A program made the position numbers and the translations under genes. The notes beneath the pieces are model-generated. The model saw only the letters and a program-made list of their open reading frames with translations. It made no database searches and had not been told where the DNA came from. From Gammaproteobacteria bacterium (GTDB taxonomy: Bacteria; Pseudomonadota; Gammaproteobacteria; Eutrophobiales; Eutrophobiaceae), in the NCBI GenBank assembly GCA_963422205.2, contig CAXMWX010000009.1:64001-128000 (forward strand): 64,000 nt of DNA, in the 5' to 3' direction. This document shows positions 41,627 through 51,257 of this stretch, piece after piece. Within the stretch, counting starts at the first letter, position 1. Each line of letters opens with the position of its first letter.

Positions 41627-42808
41627 GTGGCCGGGCAGGAGTGGCTGCAACAGCGGTTGGATGCGATTTGCAGGCAGGGTCTTTGGCGCCAGCAGCTCAT
41701 CCGGTTTCCGCAGGCGGCTGCCAGCCGCCATGGAAGTGATCGGTCGGCCAGGCAGCCAATAGACTTTTGCAGCAATGACTATCTGGCGCTGTCTGATGAT
41801 GTGCGCCTGGTAGAGACGCTGCAAGAGGCCGTGAGGCAGTATGGCATCGGCAGCGGCGGCTCGCCATTGATTTGCGGCTACAGCCGTGCCCATGCCGAGC
41901 TGGAGGGCCGGGTGTGTGAGTTGACCGGCTATCCCCGCGCCCTGCTGTTTACCAGCGGCTACCTGGCCAACCTCGCCCTGGTTGGCACGTTTGCCGACTG
42001 CCGCCGGAGCTGTGTGCTGATGGACAAGCATAACCATGCCTCGTTGATCGATGCAGGCCGGCTGGCGGCGGCGAAACTCAGGCGCTATCCGCACCTGAAC
42101 CTGCCGAAGCTGGACGCCATGTTGACCGAACCGGGCAGGAAGATGGTTATCACAGAGGGCGTGTTCAGCATGAGTGGTGCTGTCCCTGATCTGGGCGCCA
42201 TTGCCGCCCTGTGCAAGCGGCACGATGCCCTGCTGGCGGTCGATGATGCACACGGCTTTGGCGTGCTGGGCGAAGCCGGGGCCGGCAGCATCCGCCACCA
42301 TCGGCTTGCCAGCCATGATGTGCCTTTGATGATGGCGACATTTGGCAAGGCCGTGGGTGTGCAGGGGGCTTTTATTGCTGGCACGGAGAAGCTGATCGCG
42401 TTGCTTCTGCAACGAGGGCGCAGTTATATGTATTCCACCGCCCTGCCGGCGGCGCTGGCGGCAACCGCCAGCCAGGCGCTTGACCTGGTGGCAAAAGAGA
42501 ACTGGCGCCGGGAAAAATTGCATGAGTTGATCGCCTTTTTTCGTCATGGCGCCGAGGTACGGGGGCTTGGCATCGTCGATTCCATGACGCCGGTGCAGGG
42601 CCTGTTGATAAAAGGCAACGATGATGTCGTGCGGGCGGGCGACTGGCTGGCAGCCAGAGGGATGATCACCGGGGTGATCCGCTCGCCTACCGTGCCGAAA
42701 AACACCGAGCGGCTCCGCATCAGCCTGACTGCCGCCCTGAGCCAGGCCGATGTCGCCTTGCTGCTTGATGGGTTGGCGGTAATGCAGGAGAGGCTGGCAC
42801 CGCCATGA
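41627..42808 (+). CDS. bioF: 8-amino-7-oxononanoate synthase
   Basis: FCSNDYLAL, SGYLAN, NHASLID, EGVFSM, VDDAHGFG, TFGKA, R.PTVP...RLR. Confidence 0.96.
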   Translation: MAGQEWLQQRLDAICRQGLWRQQLIRFPQAAASRHGSDRSARQPIDFCSNDYLALSDDVRLVETLQEAVRQYGIGSGGSPLICGYSRAHAELEGRVCELTGYPRALLFTSGYLANLALVGTFADCRRSCVLMDKHNHASLIDAGRLAAAKLRRYPHLNLPKLDAMLTEPGRKMVITEGVFSMSGAVPDLGAIAALCKRHDALLAVDDAHGFGVLGEAGAGSIRHHRLASHDVPLMMATFGKAVGVQGAFIAGTEKLIALLLQRGRSYMYSTALPAALAATASQALDLVAKENWRREKLHELIAFFRHGAEVRGLGIVDSMTPVQGLLIKGNDDVVRAGDWLAARGMITGVIRSPTVPKNTERLRISLTAALSQADVALLLDGLAVMQERLAPP

Positions 42809-43683
42809 CCGAAGCCTATCAGCGCGAGAAACACCGGATCAGGCAGAATTTCGATGCCGCCGCGGGCGAGTATGATACCGTGGCCGAGTTACAGCGCACA
42901 GTGGCCGGGCATCTGCTGGAACAGCTTGAGCTGATTCGCCTAACGCCTGCTGTGACGCTGGACCTGGGCTCAGGGACAGGGTTTGTTGGCCGGAAGGTCA
43001 GCACCATCTTCACCAGAAGCCGGGTGTTGCAACTGGATTATGCGCTGAACATGTTGCGGCAGGCACGGCGGCATGACAGGCGGTTTTTTTCCAGGCACAC
43101 CTTCATCTGTGCGGATGCTGAAGACCTGCCGCTGCCGGATCAATCGGTAGACCTCATCATCTCCAATCTCATGCTGCAATGGATTGCCTCGCCAGGGGAA
43201 CTTATGCGTGAGTGTGGTCGGGTGTTGCGGCCCGGCGGCCTGTTTCTGTTCAGCAGCTTCGGCCCGGACACCTTGCAGGAGTTGCGAGAGAGCTGGCGGG
43301 CGGTGGATGCCCATGTGCATGTGAATGCCTTTGTTGATATGCACGATCTGGGGCAGGATCTGATCCGGGCCGGGTTTGAACAGCCCGTGTTGCAGACAGA
43401 GCGGTTTACCCTGCTGTACGATGATGTTCATGCCTTGATGCGGGAGTTAAAGGCGCTGGGTGCGGCGAATGTCAATCGCGGCAGACGCAAGACGCTGACA
43501 ACAGCCGCCATGTTTGCCCGTCTGGCCGCGGCCTATGACCGGGACTTCCCCGGCCCGCGATTGCCAGCCACCTTTGAAGTGGTTTATGGTCATGCCTGGT
43601 GGCCATCGCAGGCGGGAGTGCCGATGGCAGGCAGCCCGGTGGCGATACCGGTGACAGCGATAGGCCGCCGGCAGAAGCCATGA
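42805..43683 (+). CDS. bioC: malonyl-ACP O-methyltransferase
   Basis: F..AA..YD..A.LQR, LDLGSGTG, SNLMLQW, FGPDTL.ELR, HVN.F.DMHD.G, TFEVVYGHAW. Confidence 0.95.
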   Translation: MTEAYQREKHRIRQNFDAAAGEYDTVAELQRTVAGHLLEQLELIRLTPAVTLDLGSGTGFVGRKVSTIFTRSRVLQLDYALNMLRQARRHDRRFFSRHTFICADAEDLPLPDQSVDLIISNLMLQWIASPGELMRECGRVLRPGGLFLFSSFGPDTLQELRESWRAVDAHVHVNAFVDMHDLGQDLIRAGFEQPVLQTERFTLLYDDVHALMRELKALGAANVNRGRRKTLTTAAMFARLAAAYDRDFPGPRLPATFEVVYGHAWWPSQAGVPMAGSPVAIPVTAIGRRQKP

Positions 43684-44372
43684 CGGCGGCGGGGTTTTTT
43701 GTTACGGGCACCGATACCGGGATAGGCAAGACCTGGGTCACCGGGTGGTTGATGGCACAATTACAAGGCCAGGGTTTTACAGTAAACGGGATGAAGCCGG
43801 TTGCCAGCGGGTGCGAGCAGCACGAGGGTCGGTTACAGAACAGCGATGCCTTGCAGCTTCAGGCGCAAAGCTCCCTGCCACGGGATTATGCCGAGCACAA
43901 TCCCTATGCCTTTGCTGCGCCGATTGCGCCGCATTTTGCCGCACACCGCCAGGGCGTACATATTGAGCCGGAGACCATCAGCGGTTGTTATGCGGCTGTG
44001 GCTGATGGTGTCGACCTGGTGCTGGTGGAAGGGGCGGGCGGCTGGTCGGTGCCCCTGGCTGACGATTTGTCCTGGGCGGATGTTGTCAGGGCCTTGGATC
44101 TTGGCGTGATTTTGGTTGTGGGTATGCGGCTGGGGTGTATCAATCATGCCCTGCTGACTGCCCGTGCGATAGGGGCGGATGATTGTGTCTTGTCGGGCTG
44201 GGTCGCCAACCAGATCGATTCGGAGTATGAAGAATTTGAGGTGACTTTCGCCTGTCTGCAAGGTGCTGTTCCGGCACCGCTTCTGGCCGTGGTCCCGCAT
44301 AATGATGCCGCCAGACAGGGTTGTTCAACTGGTGGCCTGAATTTGTCCATATTTTGTGCTGCATCATTCTGA
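43680..44372 (+). CDS. bioD: dethiobiotin synthase
   Basis: FFVTGTDTGIGKT, MKPVASG, VEGAGG, LGCINH. Confidence 0.96.
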   Translation: MTAAGFFVTGTDTGIGKTWVTGWLMAQLQGQGFTVNGMKPVASGCEQHEGRLQNSDALQLQAQSSLPRDYAEHNPYAFAAPIAPHFAAHRQGVHIEPETISGCYAAVADGVDLVLVEGAGGWSVPLADDLSWADVVRALDLGVILVVGMRLGCINHALLTARAIGADDCVLSGWVANQIDSEYEEFEVTFACLQGAVPAPLLAVVPHNDAARQGCSTGGLNLSIFCAASF

Positions 44373-44508
44373 ATTTTAGAGAAAATTCGGGCAAAAAAGC
44401 GTTATTTGCCGCTTGCATAAGGGGGCTTGTTTGGGCATATTATCGCAGCGGTAACCGATAAAGATTTAAGATCAATCAAGCACGGCTTAGGGTATTTTCA
44501 CGTTTGTC

Positions 44509-44976
44509 ATGGTCAGTGAGTGTCAGGCAGCACAACAACAGAAAATGTTTGTCATTGAGCCAAACCAGCCCATGGCCTGGAACGGGTTGCTGCTCGCTTA
44601 TGGGTGTATTGCGGCAGTGACGCTGGCGGTTGGCATGTATTTCTGGTTACAGGGCCTGCTGCTGGTGCTGCCTTTTGCGGGCCTCGAATTGCTGTTGCTG
44701 GGGGCGGCCTTGTATGTAACAGCACGGCGCGGTGGCATTAAAGAGGTTATTACCATCAGCCCCGATGCGGTGTTGCTTGAGTCAGGTCGGCATCGCCCGA
44801 ACCGCTCCTACAATTTTCAGCGCCAGTGGGCAAAAGTTGTGTTGATACGGCCCGATGCTGACTGGCATCCGAGCCGGCTGCTGATACGCTCACACGGCAA
44901 AGAGGTCGAAGTCGGGCGGTTTTTGAATGAGCATGAGCGCTGCTGCCTGGCCAAAGAGTTAAAGCTGGCGATCTAG
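44509..44976 (+). CDS. DUF2244-like integral membrane protein
   Basis: PN, two TM helices with VLPFAGLE, L..SHGK.VEVG.FL...ER..LA.EL; upstream of the cox operon. Confidence 0.82.
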   Translation: MVSECQAAQQQKMFVIEPNQPMAWNGLLLAYGCIAAVTLAVGMYFWLQGLLLVLPFAGLELLLLGAALYVTARRGGIKEVITISPDAVLLESGRHRPNRSYNFQRQWAKVVLIRPDADWHPSRLLIRSHGKEVEVGRFLNEHERCCLAKELKLAI

Positions 44977-45026
44977 TGGCCGCTGATCATACCTGTTGAT
45001 TTAATAGATAACGCTGAGGACAAGGC

Positions 45027-46169
45027 ATGTTGGGTAAAACCGTAAAGCGCTGCTGCGTAGCTGTTTCATCACCCATTTTATTCTTATTCTCTTCGCTCGC
45101 TCACGCCGAGTACGGGCTTAACATGACCAAAGGCGTCACCCCGTTGAGCCGCGAGGTTTATGATCTGCACATGCTGATCTTCTACATTTGCTGCACCATT
45201 GCGGTGGCGGTGTTTGGCATCATGTTCTGGTCTATTTATCATCACCGCAAGTCCAAGGGCGCCAGGCCCGCCCAGTTTCATCACAGCACCCGGCTGGAGA
45301 TCCTCTGGACGGCCATCCCGATCTTCATCCTTGTCATCATGGCGGTGCCTGCAACCAGGACCCTGATCAACATGGAGGCCACGGGCGATGCCGACATGAC
45401 CATCAAGGTCACGGGCTATCAATGGAAATGGGAATATGAGTATATTGATGAGGGATTCAGTTTCTTCAGTGCGCTGGATGCTGAGAGCAACGAGATACGG
45501 CAGTTAAAATCCGGCCTTGATCCGAACGAGATGGAGCATTATCTGCTGGATGTTGACAAGCCGCTGGTCGTGCCGGTCGGCACCAAGATTCGTTTTCTGA
45601 CCACCGCTGCTGATGTTATTCATGCCTGGTGGGTGCCTGATCTGGGCTGGAAACGCGACTCAATTCCCGGCTTTATCAATGAATCCTGGGCCTTGATTGA
45701 AGAGGAGGGTACCTACCGCGGGCAATGCGCTGAACTTTGTGGTCGCGATCATGCCTTTATGCCGATCGTCGTGAAGGCCGTCTCCGAAGATGACTACTTT
45801 GACTGGGTTGGCGAGATGATGGTGGCCGCCGCCGATGCGAATGCCGGGGCTGATCGGGAGTGGGCGATGGCCGAGTTGATGGAGAAAGGCGAACAGGTTT
45901 ATGCCACTTTCTGCCAGGCCTGTCACCAGGCTAACGGCCAGGGTATTCCCGGCGCCTTCGCCACGCTGGTTGGCAGCCCGATCACGGTAGGTCCCATCGA
46001 GGGACACATAGATATCGTGCTGAACGGCAAGGCAGGCACGGCCATGGCAGCATTCGGGTCACAACTCAACGATGTCGAGCTGGCCGCCGTGGTCACCTAT
46101 GAGCGCAATGCCTGGGGCAATGATGTGGGCGATCTGGTACAGCCTGCAACCATTGCCGGCATGAGATAG
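45027..46169 (+). CDS. coxB: cytochrome c oxidase subunit II with C-terminal cytochrome c domain
   Basis: LEILWT, GYQWKW, DVIHAWW and CAELCGRDHAFM CuA ligands; CQACH heme c motif with later Met. Confidence 0.97.
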   Translation: MLGKTVKRCCVAVSSPILFLFSSLAHAEYGLNMTKGVTPLSREVYDLHMLIFYICCTIAVAVFGIMFWSIYHHRKSKGARPAQFHHSTRLEILWTAIPIFILVIMAVPATRTLINMEATGDADMTIKVTGYQWKWEYEYIDEGFSFFSALDAESNEIRQLKSGLDPNEMEHYLLDVDKPLVVPVGTKIRFLTTAADVIHAWWVPDLGWKRDSIPGFINESWALIEEEGTYRGQCAELCGRDHAFMPIVVKAVSEDDYFDWVGEMMVAAADANAGADREWAMAELMEKGEQVYATFCQACHQANGQGIPGAFATLVGSPITVGPIEGHIDIVLNGKAGTAMAAFGSQLNDVELAAVVTYERNAWGNDVGDLVQPATIAGMR

Positions 46170-46211
46170 GCCCCGCATAGACACGGGATAGACAACAGGC
46201 CATTATTACAT

Positions 46212-46241
46212 TTTGAGACGATAAAGTTTGAGACGATAAAG
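46212..46241. repeat. 15-bp perfect tandem duplication between coxB and coxA
   Basis: TTTGAGACGATAAAG x2. Confidence 0.85.
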
Positions 46242-46279
46242 ATCGACTACTTGAAGATCGATTAAAGAGGGCAAAGATT

Positions 46280-47881
46280 ATGAGCGAAACAGCAAGCCAG
46301 GCAGACCACCACGATGATCACGATCACAAGCCGACAGGCATAAGACGCTGGTTATTTTCCACGAACCATAAAGACATTGGCACCATGTATCTGGTGTTCG
46401 CCCTGATCATGTTTTTTATCGGCGGGGCGATGGCGATGGTCATCCGTGCCGAGTTGTTTCAGCCCGGGCTACAGTTTGTCGACCCGCAGTTTTTTAACTC
46501 CATGACCACCATGCACGCCCTGGTCATGATCTTTGGTGCGGTCATGCCCGCTGGTGTCGGCCTGGCGAACTGGATGATTCCGATGATGATCGGTGCGCCG
46601 GACATGGCATTGCCACGGATGAATAATATGAGCTTCTGGATCCTGCCGTTTGCCTTCGCCATGTTGCTGGCAACGCTGTTTATGGAGGGCGGGGCGCCTG
46701 CGGGCGGCTGGACGATGTATCCGCCGCTGGTTTCACAGTTGGGTGATGGGTTTCCGTTCCTGATTTTTACGGTGCATTTTCTTGGCATTTCTTCGATCAT
46801 GGGGGCGATCAACATCATCGCCACGGTGTTTAATATGCGCGCGCCGGGCATGGGCTTCATGCAGTTACCCCTCTTTGTCTGGACCTGGATCATCACCGCC
46901 TTTCTGTTGATCGTCTCCCTGCCCGTTCTGGCCGGTGCGGTCACCATGCTGCTGACGGATAAATACTTTGGCACCAGTTTTTTCGTTGCCGCCGGGGGTG
47001 GCGATCCGGTCATGTTCCAGCACATTTTCTGGTTCTTCGGTCATCCCGAGGTGTACATATTGATCCTGCCAGCGTTTGGCATCGTCTCACAGATCCTCCC
47101 GACCTTTGCCCGCAAGCCCTTGTTTGGCTATGTCTCGATGGTGTACGCAACAGCAGCGATCGCCTTTCTGTCGCTGTTTGTCTGGGCCCACCACATGTTC
47201 ACCGTGGGGATGCCGCTGGCGGGCGAGTTGTTCTTCATGTACGCCACCATGTCGATCGCCGTACCCACGGGCGTGAAAATATTTAACTGGATGGCCACCA
47301 TGTGGCGGGGTTCCATGACCTTTGAAACCCCCATGCTGTTTGCGGTGGCGTTTGTTTTTCTGTTTGCCTTGGGCGGCTTCTCCGGCTTGATGCTGGGCAT
47401 CACGCCGGCCGACTTTCAGTATCATGACACCTATTTTGTTGTCGCCCATTTTCATTACGTGCTGGTGACCGGGGCGGTGTTTGCGCTGATGGCGGCCAGC
47501 TACTTCTGGCTGCCGAAATGGACCGGGCACATGTACGATGAGAAGCTGGGCAAGCTGCATTTCTGGATATCGGTTATCTCTGTGAACGTGTTGTTCTTCC
47601 CGCAGCACTTCCTGGGGCTGGCTGGTATGCCGAGGCGGATCCCGGACTACAACATCCAGTTTGCTGAATGGAACATGATTTCAAGCCTTGGTGGATTTGT
47701 GTTTGGTTTGAGTCAGTTGATCTTTGTCTGGGTGGTGATCAAGTGTGTGCGGGGCGGAGAGAAGGCCACCGATAAGGTGTGGGAGGGGGCCGAGGGCCTG
47801 GAGTGGACCCTGCCCTCGCCGCCGCCATTTCATTCGTTTACCACGCCGCCACAGGTGGGCATGGCCACAGCACGTTCTTAG
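46280..47881 (+). CDS. coxA: cytochrome c oxidase subunit I (A1 type)
   Basis: NHKDIG, GWTMYPPL, WFFGHPEVY, WAHHM, AHFHY, GMPRR. Confidence 0.98.
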   Translation: MSETASQADHHDDHDHKPTGIRRWLFSTNHKDIGTMYLVFALIMFFIGGAMAMVIRAELFQPGLQFVDPQFFNSMTTMHALVMIFGAVMPAGVGLANWMIPMMIGAPDMALPRMNNMSFWILPFAFAMLLATLFMEGGAPAGGWTMYPPLVSQLGDGFPFLIFTVHFLGISSIMGAINIIATVFNMRAPGMGFMQLPLFVWTWIITAFLLIVSLPVLAGAVTMLLTDKYFGTSFFVAAGGGDPVMFQHIFWFFGHPEVYILILPAFGIVSQILPTFARKPLFGYVSMVYATAAIAFLSLFVWAHHMFTVGMPLAGELFFMYATMSIAVPTGVKIFNWMATMWRGSMTFETPMLFAVAFVFLFALGGFSGLMLGITPADFQYHDTYFVVAHFHYVLVTGAVFALMAASYFWLPKWTGHMYDEKLGKLHFWISVISVNVLFFPQHFLGLAGMPRRIPDYNIQFAEWNMISSLGGFVFGLSQLIFVWVVIKCVRGGEKATDKVWEGAEGLEWTLPSPPPFHSFTTPPQVGMATARS

Positions 47882-47893
47882 GGGAGAGGCAAG

Positions 47894-48016
47894 ATAGCAG
47901 AACACGACGATGCACATAGTGTTGCACAGCGCCGGCGCGCAAACATCAGGCTGGCGGTGGTCCTGGGCTGTATTGCCCTGGCGGTTTATTTGGGCTTCAT
48001 CCTGATGCACCTGTAA
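47894..48016 (+). CDS. small single-TM cytochrome oxidase-associated protein, ATA at the expected start
   Basis: Frame ATA-AEHDDAHSVAQRRRANIRLAVVLGCIALAVYLGFILMHL* fills the coxA-ctaG gap; GGAG RBS at 47883-47886; similar small ORFs occur at this position in other proteobacteria. Confidence 0.6.
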   Translation: MAEHDDAHSVAQRRRANIRLAVVLGCIALAVYLGFILMHL

Positions 48017-48019
48017 GTG

Positions 48020-48622
48020 ATGGCACAGACAGTCAATAAAACGGGCAATAAAAAGACCGTCGGGCTGTTGCTGCTGGGCGCGGTTTTTATGTTCGGCTTT
48101 GGCTATGCCCTGGTGCCGCTGTATGAGGCATATTGTGATCTGACCGGCAGAGGCAAGGTTGTTGGTATCAGTGATGCTGAGGCATCAGCGATAAGCGGGG
48201 ATGATGAGCGGCTTGTTACCGTGGTGTTTGATACCAATATCAGAGGCATTCCCTGGGAGTTCAAGCCGCTTGCCAGACAGATGAGGGTCAATCCGGGCAG
48301 GCTGTCCGAGGCCGTGTTTATGGTGCGTAACAAATCGACCAGGCCGGTGACCGGCAGGGCGATCCCCAGCGTTTCGCCGCCACAGGCCGGGATTTATTTT
48401 AACAAAACAGAATGCTTTTGTTTCAATGAGCAGGTGTTGCTGCCCGCAGAAAGCAAAGAAATCATCGTAAAGTTCATTGTTGATACGGCGCTGCCCGCAA
48501 GGTTCTCATCATTAACATTGTCGTATACGTTTTTCAATCTGGCCGAAGGACAGAACAAGGTGGCGCAAACCCCTCTGGAAATTGACGCCGAAGCTGGCGC
48601 TTCCGGGGCATGGCCTATTTAA
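48020..48622 (+). CDS. ctaG: cytochrome c oxidase assembly copper chaperone CtaG/Cox11
   Basis: MFGFGYALVPLY..YC..TG, YFNKTECFCF, TLSYTFF. Confidence 0.95.
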   Translation: MAQTVNKTGNKKTVGLLLLGAVFMFGFGYALVPLYEAYCDLTGRGKVVGISDAEASAISGDDERLVTVVFDTNIRGIPWEFKPLARQMRVNPGRLSEAVFMVRNKSTRPVTGRAIPSVSPPQAGIYFNKTECFCFNEQVLLPAESKEIIVKFIVDTALPARFSSLTLSYTFFNLAEGQNKVAQTPLEIDAEAGASGAWPI

Positions 48623-48637
48623 TAAAGAGGATAGCTT

Positions 48638-49534
48638 ATGTCTAATTTATCATCGGGTGCTTATTATATTCCTGAACCCAGCAGTTGGCCGGTGGTTGGC
48701 TCTGTCGCATTGTGTCTTAGCTTTGTCGGAGCGGCCATCATGCTCAACGGCTCAGGTCTTGGGACCTTCATCCTTGGCGTTGGCATGGCGGCGGTAATTT
48801 ACATGTTCTACAGTTGGTTCCGAGATGTGATTGATGAAAGCCTGGCGGGTCGCTATAACCAGCAGGTGGACATCAGCTTCAGGTGGGGCATGGGCTGGTT
48901 TATCCTCTCTGAAGTGATGTTCTTTGCGGCCTTTTTTGGCGCCCTGTATTACGCTCGGATTTACTCCATTCCGTGGCTGGGCGGCGAGGGCGATGGGGCG
49001 GCAACGAACGAGTTTCTCTGGTCGGGCTTTGAGGCGATTTGGCCGTTGCTGTCGACACCGGACATGGTCATTGATGCGGCACAAACGAAATATACCCAAA
49101 TCAAGGCAGTGATCCCGGCCTGGGGCATACCGGCGCTCAATACCGCCATTCTGTTAAGCAGCGGTGCAACGGTCACCTTCGCCCACTGGGATCTGAAAAA
49201 AGGCAACCGGACGGGGCTGTGCTGGTGGCTGGCGGCAACGGTGGCGCTGGGTTTCATCTTTGTCGGTTTCCAGGCGTATGAGTATGTCCATGCCTATCAG
49301 GACCTGGGCCTGACGCTGAACTCCGGCATCTATGGCTCTACTTTCTTTATACTGACCGGGTTTCATGGCTTTCACGTCACCATGGGGGCGACCATGCTGC
49401 TGGTCATTTTGCTTCGCTCCATGGCCGGGCATTTTACCAAGCATAACCATTTTGCCTTTGAAGGCGTTGCCTGGTACTGGCACTTTGTTGATGTGGTGTG
49501 GCTGGGCCTGTTTATCTTTGTCTACTGGCTGTAA
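48638..49534 (+). CDS. coxC: cytochrome c oxidase subunit III
   Basis: WFILSEVMFF, P.LNT..LLSSG, TGFHGFHV, AWYWHFVDVVW. Confidence 0.97.
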   Translation: MSNLSSGAYYIPEPSSWPVVGSVALCLSFVGAAIMLNGSGLGTFILGVGMAAVIYMFYSWFRDVIDESLAGRYNQQVDISFRWGMGWFILSEVMFFAAFFGALYYARIYSIPWLGGEGDGAATNEFLWSGFEAIWPLLSTPDMVIDAAQTKYTQIKAVIPAWGIPALNTAILLSSGATVTFAHWDLKKGNRTGLCWWLAATVALGFIFVGFQAYEYVHAYQDLGLTLNSGIYGSTFFILTGFHGFHVTMGATMLLVILLRSMAGHFTKHNHFAFEGVAWYWHFVDVVWLGLFIFVYWL

Positions 49535-49574
49535 GCCGATAACCCGTAAGCGGGTAACATCGGCGGATTCATGC

Positions 49575-49601
49575 AAAGGCGCTGCCCCGGCAGCGCCTTT
49601 T
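49575..49601. terminator. probable bidirectional Rho-independent terminator
   Basis: AAAGGCGCTGCC-cc-GGCAGCGCCTTTT hairpin between convergent coxC and the small membrane gene. Confidence 0.75.
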
Positions 49602-49609
49602 CCTATCTG

Positions 49610-49831
49610 TCAACCGCTGATTCCGTGTGGCGTTATCCAGCCGGCGGCAAAGCCGATAAACAAAAGCGTAAACAGTGCGATTGAAAGGCTGATGCGAAAC
49701 GTCAGGGATTTCGCTGTTCTGTCAGACTGGCCTTTGTCCTTTATCAAAAAGAACATGCCACAAGCCAGCGACCCTAAGATGAGCAGCAAAATGATGCCGA
49801 TAGCGATTTTAAATAACAAGGCCGCAGACAT
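49610..49831 (-). CDS. twin transmembrane helix small protein (DUF2909/HIG1-like)
   Basis: I..SL..G.FFL.KD.G.S.R..KSLT.RI.LS..LF...G...G.I.PH; usual antisense position in cox clusters. Confidence 0.88.
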   Translation of the reverse strand: MSAALLFKIAIGIILLLILGSLACGMFFLIKDKGQSDRTAKSLTFRISLSIALFTLLFIGFAAGWITPHGISG

Positions 49832-49905
49832 GACAAACCGTATTGGGCTGAAAAGCCACGAGTATAGCGGGCTTTTCGGTAAAAAGAACCTGTTTCCCGG
49901 CGTAA

Positions 49906-50631
49906 ATGGCCATGGCCTGGGTGTTTAAGGCCAGATTAGTCCCCAGTCTGGCAGCCGTTTTATTGACCGGCCTGTTTGTCTGGCTGGGCTTCTGGCAGCT
50001 TGAACGTGCAGATGAGAAATTGCAGTTGATGCAAGACTACGAGCAGCGCCACCAGGCTGAACCACGGGAGTTGACGGCAGCGGGCGATGAGAGGCTGGAC
50101 AAAGATGTCATGCACTGGCGCCGGGTAAACCTGCATGGTCATTATGATGCCGGGCAATCTTATCTGCTGGATAACAGGACGTTGTCCGGTCGTAGCGGAT
50201 ATTATCTTTACACCCGTTTTATCCTGCCGGATCGTGCCGAGGTTCTGGTCAATCGTGGCTGGCTACCGCTTAACCTGGACAGAAATACCCCGCCACAGTT
50301 TTCGACCCCTGAGGGACGGGTAGCGTTGGCTGGGATCATAAAGCCGCCGCCGCAGACGGTGTTGCTGGGGCAACATGTGCCAGAACAGCTAACGCCAACT
50401 ATAATGCGTGTACAGGAAGTGATCCTCGATGATATTGCCCGGGAAAATGGCTGGCGTCTGTTGCCGTATGTGGTGAGGCTTGAACCGCCAGCACCGGACG
50501 GCCTGCAACGGGTATGGCAGCCACCGGGGTTTGGTCGGGAGAAGCACTTGGGCTATGCCTTTCAGTTTTTCGCCCTGGCCTTTGCGCTGCTGTTAATCTA
50601 TGTGTTTTTGACGATCAAAAAATCAGCTTGA
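49906..50631 (+). CDS. SURF1 family cytochrome oxidase biogenesis protein
   Basis: LGFWQLERA, LLDNR, VLVNRGW, KHLGYAFQ. Confidence 0.93.
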   Translation: MAMAWVFKARLVPSLAAVLLTGLFVWLGFWQLERADEKLQLMQDYEQRHQAEPRELTAAGDERLDKDVMHWRRVNLHGHYDAGQSYLLDNRTLSGRSGYYLYTRFILPDRAEVLVNRGWLPLNLDRNTPPQFSTPEGRVALAGIIKPPPQTVLLGQHVPEQLTPTIMRVQEVILDDIARENGWRLLPYVVRLEPPAPDGLQRVWQPPGFGREKHLGYAFQFFALAFALLLIYVFLTIKKSA

Positions 50632-50646
50632 ACGGAGGTGTGATCA

Positions 50647-51255
50647 ATGACGCCCGAACAACGCAAACAACTCGGCACATTGCTGCTGCTGCTGCTTATC
50701 TGTGCATCGCCGTTTGCCATTTCTTTTTACCTGCTGAATTTCTCTGATGTCAGCAAGATTGCCGTTTCGCATAATGGCATGTTAATTGACCCGCCAAGGC
50801 CGATCGAAAATCTTCAGTTACATAATCCGGCCGCACCACAATCCAGCGAGTTTTTTTTACACGGCAAGTGGAGCCTGCTGTATCTGCTTGATGGCCCCTG
50901 CGACGCTGCGTGCGAGCAAAACATATACAAGATGCGACAGATCAGGCTGGCCACGAGCAAGTATGCACACCGGGTACAGCGTGTTGTTATCCATACCACC
51001 GATGATAGAAACCTGTTTAGCGAACAGCAAATCAAGGACTACCAGGGCCAGTTGATGCTGTCCAGCCGCCAGCTGGACAAGCCTGAGTATGATGATCTGT
51101 TCAAGGTGGGTGAGCAGGATCGGCCATTTTCTCAACGGCGCCTGTATTTGATTGACCCGCTGGGCAATCTGATGATGGCATTTCAGGCAGATGCCGATCC
51201 CAGAGGGATCATCAGGGATATGCAGCGATTGCTAAAATATTCACGCATAGGTTAG
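50647..51255 (+). CDS. membrane-anchored thioredoxin-like (SCO-related) cytochrome oxidase biogenesis factor
   Basis: N-terminal TM, NG.LI.P, GKW, CDAAC, YLIDPLGNLMM, D..RLLK.SRIG. Confidence 0.82.
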   Translation: MTPEQRKQLGTLLLLLLICASPFAISFYLLNFSDVSKIAVSHNGMLIDPPRPIENLQLHNPAAPQSSEFFLHGKWSLLYLLDGPCDAACEQNIYKMRQIRLATSKYAHRVQRVVIHTTDDRNLFSEQQIKDYQGQLMLSSRQLDKPEYDDLFKVGEQDRPFSQRRLYLIDPLGNLMMAFQADADPRGIIRDMQRLLKYSRIG

Positions 51256-51257
51256 GC

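Noticed and set aside
41258-42547. 429-aa minus-strand ORF
   Set aside because: Antisense shadow of bioB/bioF with no recognisable domain.
44461-44475. FNR/Anr box upstream of the cox cluster (AAGAT-TTAAG-ATCAA)
   Set aside because: Only one good half-site and 5-bp instead of 4-bp spacing.
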